Source of the DNA: Octopus bimaculoides
Taxonomy: Eukaryota
DNA: 64,000 nucleotides
Assembly (NCBI RefSeq): GCF_001194135.2
Contig: NC_069002.1
Coordinates: 135,424 to 199,423, forward strand
Direction: 5' to 3'
Shown piece after piece: positions 1 to 10,630 of the stretch. The notes under the pieces are model-generated. The model was not told where the DNA came from. It did not search any database and saw only the letters and a list, made by a program, of their open reading frames with translations. Every line of letters begins with the position of its first letter. Position 1 is the stretch's first letter. A program made the translations under genes and the position numbers.

Positions 1-39
<39 letters not shown>

Positions 40-270
40 TATATATATATATATATATATAAGATCTTCTGCATAGCAGGGAGGAAATTCTCAGACTGGA
101 AACTTGACCCAAATATTTACAACAGAGTGGAATAGTAAAAGCCATCCAAAGGGCAAGCAGTTGTGTTAAAGCAAGTGATGGATTTTAATCTAGTGGAAAA
201 TTAGAGAGAGCTGTTTTGATAGTTGAAAAACAGAAGACAATGGTATGAACATAATTATACAGATATTTAC

Positions 271-356
271 CTTTTTATAATCAGAATCAAAAGAGAGCGT
301 GGCCAAGGCATTACCTACAGAGCCAGTCATTAATGCTACAGATCCAGCAGTACTTC
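271..356 (-). CDS. VPS13: VPS13 exon (C-terminal region)
   Basis: GSTAGSVALMTGSVGNALATLSFDSDYKK; AG/GT, phase fits. Confidence 0.9.
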
Positions 357-526
357 CTAGTGAAAATACAAAGACAAAGCATCTTAATTTTACTACACAT
401 TATGCAATAAATGTTATAACTATACAACCAGTTTTATATATTATATCATTTTATGTTATATAACCAATTTTACAAATCATACAATGTAGCTTATATATAC
501 AGCTGTAAAAACCACACCAAAACTGA

Positions 527-730
527 CCGTGCCTGTGTGAGTGCCACGTAAAAAGCACCCAGCCCACTGTATGGAGTGGTTGGTGTTAGGAAGGGCATCC
601 AGCCATAAAAACCATGCCAAAACATACTCAGAAGCATGGTGCAAGCTCCCGCCTAGCCAGTTTCTGTGAAACCATCTAACCTATGCCAGCATGGAAGGAG
701 GACATTAAACGATGATGATGATGATGATAA
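527..730 (+). mobile_element. RTE-tail repeat family B
   Basis: ..AACCTATGCCAGCATGGAAGGAGGACATTAAAC(GAT)n, same tail as RTE at 55305. Confidence 0.7.
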
Positions 731-966
731 TGAAACAACCCCATGATAGTAATGTTGATGATGATATGTAATGGTGATCATGGTGATATGATGACAACGG
801 TGATGACAACAATAATAGTGATGATGATGACAATGATGATGTTTAATGGTGACATTATGATGGTAGTGATGATAATGATGACTGATGAAGATGTTTGATA
901 AAGATGCTGATGATGGTAATGATGTTATGTAATTTACAGCCCAATAAAAGTGAAACATCCCCTTAC

Positions 967-1042
967 CTACAGTATGTCCCAGGAGACTTTGAACTCCTCG
1001 CACCAGACCTTCAGTGAATTCATCAGTTCCCTGAATTGAGCC
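967..1042 (-). CDS. VPS13: VPS13 exon
   Basis: GSIQGTDEFTEGLVRGVQSLLGHTV; AG/GT. Confidence 0.93.
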
Positions 1043-1201
1043 CTGAAAAAGTTTTCAACAAAGCCATTTATTTTTAATTGTGAGGGAGTTTAGAAATACA
1101 TGTGAATGAAGGCAGCTGACTTTATGGAGTACAAAAATGTATATTAACCTTTCTTTGTGTGTGTTTGTGTGTATGCGTGAGTACACATACAGATATACAC
1201 T

Positions 1202-1445
1202 TTTATTCTTTTACTTGTTTTAGTCATTTGACTGCAGCCATGCTGGAGCATGACCTTGAAGGGTTTTGGCCCAAAAAATTGACCCTGGGGCTTAATTTTT
1301 AAGCCTAGAACTTATTCTATCATTCTCTTTTGCTGAACCGCTAAATTACAGGGGTGTAAACACAACACCAGTTGTCAAGCAGTGATGGGAGGGACAAACA
1401 CAGACACACACACATACATACATACACGCACACACATATACACAT

Positions 1446-1510
<65 letters not shown>

Positions 1511-1670
1511 TACGATGGGCTTCTTTCAGTTTCCATCTACCAAATCCACTCACAAGGCTTTGGTCGGTCCAAGGCTATAGTAGAAGACATTTTCCCAAGG
1601 TGCCATACAGTGGGACTGAACACAGAACCATGTGGTTGGGAAGTTAGCTTCTTACCACACAGCCATGCTT
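1202..1670 (-). mobile_element. tRNA-derived SINE family A, near full length
   Basis: Head GCATGGCTGTGTGGTAAGAAG.., internal (TA)n/(CA)n, tail CAGTCAAATGACTAAAACAAG; many copies in the window. Confidence 0.75.
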
Positions 1671-1699
1671 GCACCGATATATATATATGTATATATTTG

Positions 1700-1792
1700 T
1701 GAATGTGTAGTAAGAAGTTTGTTTCCCAACTACATGGTTCCAAGTTCAGTCCTACTGTGTAACACCTGGGACAAGTTTCTTCTACTGTAGCC
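1700..1792 (+). mobile_element. SINE family A head fragment
   Basis: Inverted match to 1578-1670. Confidence 0.7.
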
Positions 1793-2422
1793 GTTTGGAC
1801 CATGTAATTCCCCTCTTCACACTGTTATCACTTCCCTTTCTCTCTCTTTCTCTTCACCTCCAACTTGCACTAACCATGTGACAGCATAATGCATAGGCTG
1901 ACATAAGTGTCACTACTCACACTTTATCTGCCTCTCACTCTTAATATAACTGCCCTTCCCCTCTCTCTCTATCTGTATTTCTTCAACCTCACCACCAGAA
2001 CATCATCCCTCTGCTAAACATTGTATTTCTAACACTTTTTCTCTACATATCTCTCTTCCAATTAACTTTTTAACTATGTAATAACTATTACTTTCCCTCT
2101 ACCTTGTGTCGTTAACACTTCTCTCTCCCTTCTTTTCTCTAGCTCTTTACCTCTCCCTTCACCTAACCACATGAAAACATAATGCATTTGGGCACAGTGT
2201 ATTAATATATAGATGCTCAAACACACACACAGAGTGTTTCTCAACCACTCCTATGTCATATTCATAATCAGAAATGTCATGAATCACTGGTTGCCCGATT
2301 AGAAACCCAATACCAACAATACTACAGCTTACTAAATGAGATATAAAAAAATAAAAATGAATACAAGTGATATATTCATATTTCAGTAGAGTACAAAAGT
2401 GAGTATAAAAATGTTGTCTTAC

Positions 2423-2618
2423 CAAGAAGGGTTCATAGAAAAGATCTCCTAATCCCTGGGTAAAATCTCGGATTAATCCATAAGGATTTCCAAGAACATC
2501 AAGACCTAATACAAGGACATATGCTTGCTGAATAGCTTGATAGAAATAGTGAGACTGGATCTGAGAGAATAACTGGCCAACTGTTAACATAACACCCTTG
2601 CAGTCAAAATATGCCATC
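2423..2618 (-). CDS. VPS13: VPS13 exon
   Basis: MAYFDCKG..YVLVLGLDVLGNPYGLIRDFTQGLGDLFYEPFL. Confidence 0.95.
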
Positions 2619-3102
2619 CTGAAATAGAAGGTTAAAAAAATCAGAACAAAAGATATTTCTAGAAATCAACAAAAAAAATTGTCTGGACAGCATGGAGCAT
2701 TTTAGCTATTTATGGGAGTAACAACCCTGCCTGTTATGAGTTCTGGATCCAAGGTTACATATGATGTCATTGATAACTGGAAAATGAATGTGGAAACAGT
2801 TGATCAATGCCATTTTAATGTTGTTGGATAATTTAACATGTAAAAATAGTCAACTGTTTTCATATGTAACTTTAGTTACGGTTAAATTTGTGGCAGTCAT
2901 CTTTAACCAATTAAATGCACACACCATTTACTCTTTCTTCGAGTCTTTTTTTTACTAAAGTTTTCATTATTTTCATGATTAATTGAAACAATAGCAATGT
3001 ATTTTATCAACGGAAATATAGTAACAAAAAAAGGTTAACATTATCTGATTTTTGTTCTGATAAAAGGGATAGCAAGGAGATTTTCTAAAAACCATTGTTT
3101 AC

Positions 3103-3550
3103 ATCATCATCATTTAACGTCCGCTTTCCATGCTGGCATGGGTTGGACGGTTTGACTGAGGACTGGCGAGCCAGATAGCTGCACCAAGCTCCAATCTGAT
3201 CTGGCATAGCTTCTACAGCTGGATACTCTTCCTAATGCCAACCACTCCGAGAGTGTAGTGGGTGCTTTTATGTGCCACCAGCACGAGGGCCAGTCACACG
3301 GTACTGGCAACAGCCATGCTCAAATGCTGTTTTTTATGTACCACCTGCACAGGAGCCAGTCCAGCGGCACTGGCAATGACCTCGCTTGAATGTTGATTTT
3401 CACATGCCAGTAAAGCAATGCTGGTAATGATCACGCTCGAATGGTGCTTTTATGTGCCACTGGCATGGGAGCCAGTCAGCGGCCCTGGCAATGATCATGC
3501 TCGAATGATGCTTTTTATGTGCCACCGGCACGGGAGCCAGTCATGTGGTG
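3103..3550 (-). mobile_element. RTE-tail repeat family B with about 62-bp internal tandem array
   Basis: Matches 55305-55576; about 4.5 units at 3262-3545. Confidence 0.75.
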
Positions 3551-4078
3551 CTGTCATCAAATTTGATTTACAATTATATATAATAGATATTTATATGATT
3601 TTATAGTCATCTTTGGGAGTGTGCATGTATGTGTGTGTGTGTGTTTAGATAATATGCTTTTAGCAAATACAGATATGTATACAAAGTATTTGAAACTAGT
3701 ATTTTATCCTGTTGTGACCCTAATCCTTTAAGCATTCAGATTACTTCTCTGTCAAATGTAATCCTTATTTTTCCACATTGTTTTGAATTAATTATGTATT
3801 ATTTTGGGGCTTTGAGATTTTGATGTGATTATATACTTTTAGAGTGACATTGTAGGGTAGGTGTGAAAGGCCAGATCTGGTTAGTTTCAACATAAAACAG
3901 GTAGAATATTTGGGCTAAATATGGCTTAAAGTTATAGCTCGATGATAAAGTTACACTTGGACAGCATTAAATTTATATTAAAAACAAAATTATGCTCCAG
4001 CATGGCCACAGCTCTCAAGCTGAAACTAGTTAATGAATTAAAGAGTTATAAATCTATATTGAAATAGTGACAAATTAC

Positions 4079-4215
4079 CGGAGTTCTATATCTTTTACTT
4101 CAGTAAATGTAACACCAACAGAGCTCAGGAAAAAGTCTACCACATCAGAGGTGAACGTAGAAGGCACTTCTCGTGTGACATGAGCCACTCCATTCAATGA
4201 GAAGCTTACATGAAG
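4079..4215 (-). CDS. VPS13: VPS13 exon
   Basis: LHVSFSL..SVGVTFTEVKDIELR. Confidence 0.92.
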
Positions 4216-4785
4216 CTAAATAATTAAAAAAGAAAAAAAAAATGAAACAAACAAAACTACAAAAGAACAAGTAATTAGTAGAAATGAATGAGTGAGAGGT
4301 ATTATCTGTAAGAGAAAATAATAGTTAAGACACTGTTAACATGTTTTGAGCAAGGAAATGATAAAATCAGAGAAGAAATAATTAAAAATTAATTCACTAA
4401 TAGTTAAATACCCTAATTAGAAAAATTAAAACCAATTAGATAGTATTAAAAATATGATAATACCAATTTAACTTCGGAAATAATTATCTTGTGAGAACAA
4501 AACAAAAAAGATAATATGAATTAGTCAAAAAATATCTATTTTAATTATTCTATTTAATTAATTTTGTTATATTATTTTGATATTAATATTTTAATTATTA
4601 ATATTATATAATTCAACACCCTGGTTAAAGCAGTAACTATAGCAACAACAGGATAATAAAAGGTTTCTTATATAAGTGGCTGTATAAACATATAGATTAA
4701 CTACACATTAAATAAACGAGCTATCTGCCTGTCATATTAATTTTAGATATAATAATATAGCTTATATAACAGTTTTAAATCTTAC

Positions 4786-4842
4786 CTTTAATGGAGATAA
4801 ATGTAGGTACTCAAAAAATATTTTAGAATTTTGGTCAGTTCT
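4786..4842 (-). CDS. VPS13: VPS13 exon
   Basis: RTDQNSKIFFEYLHLSPLK. Confidence 0.9.
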
Positions 4843-5152
4843 CTGGAGGAAAAGATAAACAGACACTTACACACATATATATATAAATATGAATATGTGT
4901 GTGTGTTGTGTGCGTGTGTGTTTGTATGCATGTGTGTGTGCACATATATATATATATATATAATTATGTGTATTTCTTCTATCTTAATGANNNNNNNNNN
5001 NNNNNNNNNNNNNNNNNNNNNNNNNNNNNNNNNNNNNNNNNNNNNNNNNNNNNNNNNNNNNNNNNNNNNNNNNNNNNNNNNNNNNNNNNNGACATAAAGT
5101 AAAAAAAATGTCTCAATTTTATAATGATGCAAAAAGGTACTCAGGTACTTAC

Positions 5153-5218
5153 AGAAATACATGCCACTTCTTGTAAAGATCGCTGAGAAAGGATCAAATC
5201 AGACTGGAAGTTGGAGGT
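5153..5218 (-). CDS. VPS13: VPS13 exon
   Basis: TSNFQSDLILSQRSLQEVACIS; strong splice sites, phase 0/0. Confidence 0.82.
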
Positions 5219-5436
5219 CTGGAACAGAGAATATGAGACACGATGTAATTATAATACTGATTTCTTTAGTCTTAGATTTAGCAGAGAAGTGAAATTGGTT
5301 GCTGCAACAGATGATGTCTTTTCAAAGACATTATATAAGCACATGTGTGTGAGTGAACTTGAATGTGTGCACGAATGTGTGTGCATGTATGTATGTGCAT
5401 GCATGTATATATGTGTGTGTGTGTGTAAAGCCTTAC

Positions 5437-5536
5437 CTCTCCAGGATCAAAGTTCCAGTCAATCATATCAAGTACAGACAACATGAATCCTTTGTCAAGT
5501 TTAAGATTGAACTCCTGGATCAATAGTTTTATATTC
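5437..5536 (-). CDS. VPS13: VPS13 exon
   Basis: NIKLLIQEFNLKLDKGFMLSVLDMIDWNFDPGE. Confidence 0.93.
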
Positions 5537-5857
5537 CTGGCAAAAAAAAAACAAAAAAAAAAAAAGACACAATCAACCAAGATTTTATAAGTTGTTGAAG
5601 TTGTTTAACCGCCAAGGTTAGCAATGACTAAACAGATTTATGGTGAAAAGCATTCCTAGTGTGGCCATCCTGTTGTTTTGTATATCTAAAGTGTAAGACA
5701 GCAAGGTGAGATTTAAAGGAGTTTTGACTGTTATTTCAAGCAGGATAAGTAATGACACAGAGAATCTATCAATGTTTTGAAGTGCTACTTCTCCATTGAG
5801 ATGAATCGGTAGGCGGAGGGAAAAGTATGTATGTGTACACACACACACACACACATA

Positions 5858-6130
5858 TATGGCTGTGTGGTAAGAAGCTTGCTTCCCAACCACATGGTTC
5901 TGTGTTCAACCCCACTGTGTGATACCTTGGGCAAGTGTCTTCTACTATAACCTCAGGCTGACCAAAGCCTTGTGTGCGGATTTCGTAGACAGAAACCCAT
6001 CGTGTACTACATATACGTACGTATGTGTATGTATTTGTGTCTGTTTCCCCACCATCACTTGACAACCAATGTTGGTGTGAATATGTTCCTGTCACTTAGC
6101 AGTTTGGCAAAAAGTGACCGATAGAATAGT
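5858..6130 (+). mobile_element. SINE family A
   Basis: Same head and body as 1202-1670. Confidence 0.75.
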
Positions 6131-6299
6131 CAACTGAAGCACATGCTTTTGTTTACATCTTATCGGCCTTTTCCGTAAAGGAGGGATGGGAAATGACTGA
6201 GGAAGACGGTACGGTGAGCCTTTCTGCTTTGCATAACCACTGACTAGAGAGGAAGTTTCATACATACAGAAGAAAGCGATGGTCAGGGAGAGGGAGAGG

Positions 6300-6332
<33 letters not shown>

Positions 6333-7175
6333 NNNNNNNNNNNNNNNNNNNNNNNNNNNNNNNNNNNNNNNNNNNNNNNNNNNNNNNNNNNNNNNNNNNN
6401 NNNNNNNNNNNNNNNNNNNNNNNNNNNNNNNNNNNNNNNNNNNNNNNNNNNNNNNNNNNNNNNNNNNNNNNNNNNNNNNNNNNNNNNNNNNNNNNNNNNN
6501 NNNNNNNNNNNNNNNNNNNNNNNNNNNNNNNNNNNNNNNNNNNNNNNNNNNNNNNNNNNNNNNNNNNNNNNNNNNNNNNNNNNNNNNNNNNNNNNNNNNN
6601 NNNNNNNNNNNNNNNNNNNNNNNNNNNNNNNNNNNNNNNNNNNNNNNNNNNNNNNNNNNNNNNNNNNNNNNNNNNNNNNNNNNNNNNNNNNNNNNNNNNN
6701 NNNNNNNNNNNNNNNNNNNNNNNNNNNNNNNNNNNNNNNNNNNNNNNNNNNNNNNNNNNNNNNNNNNNNNNNNNNNNNNNNNNNNNNNNNNNNNNNNNNN
6801 NNNNNNNNNNNNNNNNNNNNNNNNNNNNNNNNNNNNNNNNNNNNNNNNNNNNNNNNNNNNNNNNNNNNNNNNNNNNNNNNNNNNNNNNNNNNNNNNNNNN
6901 NNNNNNNNNNNNNNNNNNNNNNNNNNNNNNNNNNNNNNNNNNNNNNNNNNNNNNNNNNNNNNNNNNNNNNNNNNNNNNNNNNNNNNNNNNNNNNNNNNNN
7001 NNNNNNNNNNNNNNNNNNNNNNNNNNNNNNNNNNNNNNNNNNNNNNNNNNNNNNNNNNNNNNNNNNNNNNNNNNNNNNNNNNNNNNNNNNNNNNNNNNNN
7101 NNNNNNNNNNNNNNNNNNNNNNNNNNNNNNNNNNNNNNNNNNNNNNNNNNNNNNNNNNNNNNNNNNNNNNNNNNA
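6333..7175. other. Assembly gap (843 N), probably hiding one VPS13 exon
   Basis: N run; the expected IDNQ..K exon was not found elsewhere in 5537-9050. Confidence 0.7.
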
Positions 7176-8790
7176 AAGTATATATATATATATATATATA
7201 TACTTTATTTAAAAGCAGCAGAAATATACCAAAAGCTGTTATTCAGAGTTTCACGTTCCCGTTCGTCGGACAGTTTTGTTAAAATAGAACAGAAATAACG
7301 ATTTGATCAAAACTAGTTAAAGGATTCACCTTTAAAAATGGATTTGTTTCATTCATCTTTTCAATTAACGGTCTTAAGCATGCAATGAACAAAATAAATG
7401 AATTCAATATAAATTCTTCCTATTATAAAACTCGAGGAAAACCTTAAATCTAAGAATGGATTCAAAATACATATTGCAAATAACTATATACGAAATATAA
7501 TTCAATTAATGCATTAAAAATTAAAATAAAAATTTCCACGCTGCATTACATAAATATTTTACAAGAGTATATACGCATACTAGACCATGAATATACATAT
7601 ATACATCAAAATACACAGATGGATGCACACAAACTACATATATATATACAGACATATATATGTAAGACGTAAATATATACACATATACACATGTATACAT
7701 ATGTACGCAATCATGCTCGCATGCAAAAATCACTTGGTATCTGGATATAGACGAGAAGATAAATTTTAAAACGCAGAGAGGGAGAAAGAAAAAGAAGGAT
7801 CTTAGATGTGACAGTTAGTGAGAGGAGGGGAGAGGGGCGCAAAGTTAAAGGACTTTATACAAGTAAACGAATAAGGGCAGAAAAAATACTTTCCGTAAGG
7901 AAAGGAAAAGAAAGAAAGAAAGAAAGAAAGAAAGATTGGTGGCTGAATATGTGTCACGAACGTTATACAAAAGTGTATATTAGCATAAATACACATCCAC
8001 ACAAATATAAGTGCATACATAAATATTCATGTATGTATGTGCACAAGTATAAACATACACGCTTACTTACACATATACATAGACGCATACATACAAATAC
8101 ATATGCATGCCAACAATACAGACATCCACATAAAAACATGTCTAGGTCCTGACGTATATATACAAACATTTTTTTTAAAATTGCTGAGTGCATAATAATA
8201 AAATTCGAATAAAAGACATGCAAAATAGAACAGCCTATATCGAATTATCTATAAATTAAACGATTAAAATGGGTTTATAAAATACAATAAATAACAGGAA
8301 GTAAAATAAAAGTAGAATCTTAAACAAGAAAATAATATCTGCATATAACAATCAAAGGTTTTTAAGAAATATGTCGAAATATATACAATAAATTTGCGAT
8401 GCGAAATAAATCATGTATTATAAGAAACAAATCCAAGAATCAAAAAATATACACTATCCATATGATATATTGATAGCTGACATTTTAAATTTAGTTGTGT
8501 GTCTGCAGGAATTCAAGAGTTCGTGTCTTTGATTTAAAGAGTTATTGTCGTGGAATAAAAGAAAATATTTATCCAGCAGACATAAATCACATTTGATGGC
8601 TCTTTTACGTGCACCATGCCTGTAAGGTGCAGCTCTATCTAAAATACTCCATATCACGTTGAAAGGTTGGGATTCTTTTTCGTTTAATTCCCAGACATAT
8701 TTTGCCAGGCTGGTCATCGTCTTATTTTCGGGATATCTGAAGGAATTTCTATGCGAATAAAATCGGGTTTGGAAGGAATATACAGTTGGT
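7176..8790 (-). mobile_element. 5'-truncated Penelope-like element: GIY-YIG C-terminal remnant plus 3' region with hammerhead-like motif
   Basis: ORF 8454-8864 contains FQTRFYSHRNSF..SLAKYVWEL..WSIL..PY..CDLCL..LNQRHELLNSCRH, the PLE GIY-YIG tail pattern; segment keeps CpGs and ends in (TA)n. Confidence 0.75.
7231..7277 (-). ncRNA. Type I hammerhead-ribozyme-like motif, variant core
   Basis: AAAACTGT-CCGACGA-ACG(GGAA)CGT-GAAA-CTCTGA-ATA^ACAGCTTTT. Confidence 0.6.
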
Positions 8791-9050
8791 ACACCAGTTT
8801 GGGCCTTTCTTGGGGAAATACCAGTCTGGAAGTGAGTCCATAAAGGGCAATGTGGTATGTACATTCCGAAGCTGCATCATCAAGAATATGGACATTTGTT
8901 CATGTGTTGTAGCAGAGAACCAGAACTAATTGTGGTGGATCTTAGGAATGCAAACAGCATTCACAAATTGTAGTGTTTCTACCCCTGCACTTGTTAAGAT
9001 TTTATAATATTACAAAGGATTGTTGTGTGGAGGGATTTCTAATTACTTAC

Positions 9051-9185
9051 TTGTAGTCTTTGGATTTTAAGATGTATGGCTTTGTGGTTTACTGACTGAC
9101 GGTAGAGTATCCAAAAAGCTGGGGAATAGGTACGTCGCAATGCTCCCATGTAAGGTTTAGTCATGGTCATTTTGGACAGATCAGC
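9051..9185 (-). CDS. VPS13: VPS13 exon
   Basis: ADLSKMTMTKPYMGALRRTYSPAFWILYRQS..KIQRLQ. Confidence 0.92.
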
Positions 9186-9284
9186 CTGGAAAATAACATG
9201 AAATACACTCAGAATAATAATAATAATAATAATAGCAATAATACTCTGATGCAGTACAATGCCCTGATGCAGTACCAGACAGTG

Positions 9285-9880
9285 TTATCATGCACATTGT
9301 TTTGTTTTGGTTTAAAAGATGGACTACAGTAAATATTTTGCTCAATACCACAGATTCGTTTGTCAGTTGTTTGACCTTAACCATTTGAGCAATGTCTCTT
9401 AGTGGCTGACAATATGTGCATCTCTGATCATGAGCAGAAGTAGTGAGGGAGCATCATAGCTATGTGTCGAAAGGAATTCTTTGGGGTTTGAATAATTCAC
9501 CTCTGGAAACATGAGTGTTTCATTTAACATCCTTAAACAACCCTAATTCAGGGACCTTTTGAGAGGGATGGGCTACTTGACCTGAAGAAAATTCTAACTG
9601 GGCCCCACCTGCAAAGTCATGCACTGTTTATCTTGATATGACATCACCCTGTCACACACATATGGCTGTGATGCATATGCCTCTTGTACCCTTATTAGAC
9701 AGGTAGTCACATAAATTTCATATAAAGGCTGTAGGAGCTTTGGCAAATTAGTAAAGCCCTTGAGTAATATCATGTACCCTTATCAGACGGGTAGTCATAA
9801 TGGGTATATTGGGCTTCGTATATTTTACCCCAGTGTCACATTGATGGAATGCACTGCTCTTTCACTCAATAATAATAATT
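9285..9880 (+). repeat. Interspersed repeat family D, unclassified
   Basis: 9545-9880 closely matches 41365-41615 (CTGAAGAAAATTCTAACTGGGCCCCACCTGCAA..). Confidence 0.75.
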
Positions 9881-10384
9881 AAGTCTTATAATTAGTGGAA
9901 AGAGACCCTGTGAGACTTTTGACAACCGGATGCTGTCTTCTCTCACAGAATTAACTGGAGCAAGTAAAATCAAGAACTCTAAGACTTGAAATATAAAAAT
10001 AATAATGAAATTATGAAAAACAAAAGCTGGAGATATTTATTTTGTCCTTTTGTTTACTTCAGTTATTGAACTGTGGCCATGCTGGGGCACTGCCTTGAAG
10101 ACTTTTACACTGATTAAATCAACCCCTGCTACTTATTCTACCAATTACTTTTTGCAGAATAGCTAATTTTCTAGGACATAAGCAGACCTACACTGGTTTG
10201 TTTATGTCCACTTACAAGGCTTTGGTCAGCGCAGAGCTATAGCAGAAAACACTTGCGTTAAGTGCCATGCAGTAAATAGGTAACTTATATTGAAGGCCAA
10301 CAAAAGGGTATTTTATGTTACAGGGCACTGAATAGATTCTCTATGAAGACACTCCATTGTTGTTTTCAAAGCTGGGTCACTTAC

Positions 10385-10630
10385 CTCAATCTGTTCATAA
10401 AGATTTACTTGCACACTTTTGTTCTTCCAGCGTTCTTCAAGCCAAGTCTGCAGTTCAACGTTGAGAAGTTTCCATTTGCTGTTCACCTCCACTTCCCAAA
10501 TAGCAGGGCAGTTTGACACACTGACAACCATCAATTCTCTGTATTCTTTATAAGCTGTGTTGACTACAGACAATAGTACACTGTCCAGGGAGAGAACCAC
10601 TGAGTAGTTGGTCTGTTCAGCCTGGCTCAT
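10385..10630 (-). CDS. VPS13: VPS13 exon
   Basis: MSQAEQTNYSVVLSLDSVLLSVVN..EQIE. Confidence 0.92.

Noticed and set aside
653-966. His-rich extension of ORF 653-1003
   Set aside because: Read-through past the donor at 966 into degenerate (GAT)n
1580-1670. SINE heads as tRNA genes
   Set aside because: No complete cloverleaf; they continue into SINE bodies and are multi-copy and diverged
5618-5893. 91-aa ORF as the missing VPS13 exon
   Set aside because: No VPS13 motif in the frames read and no fitting splice sites; it starts inside a SINE
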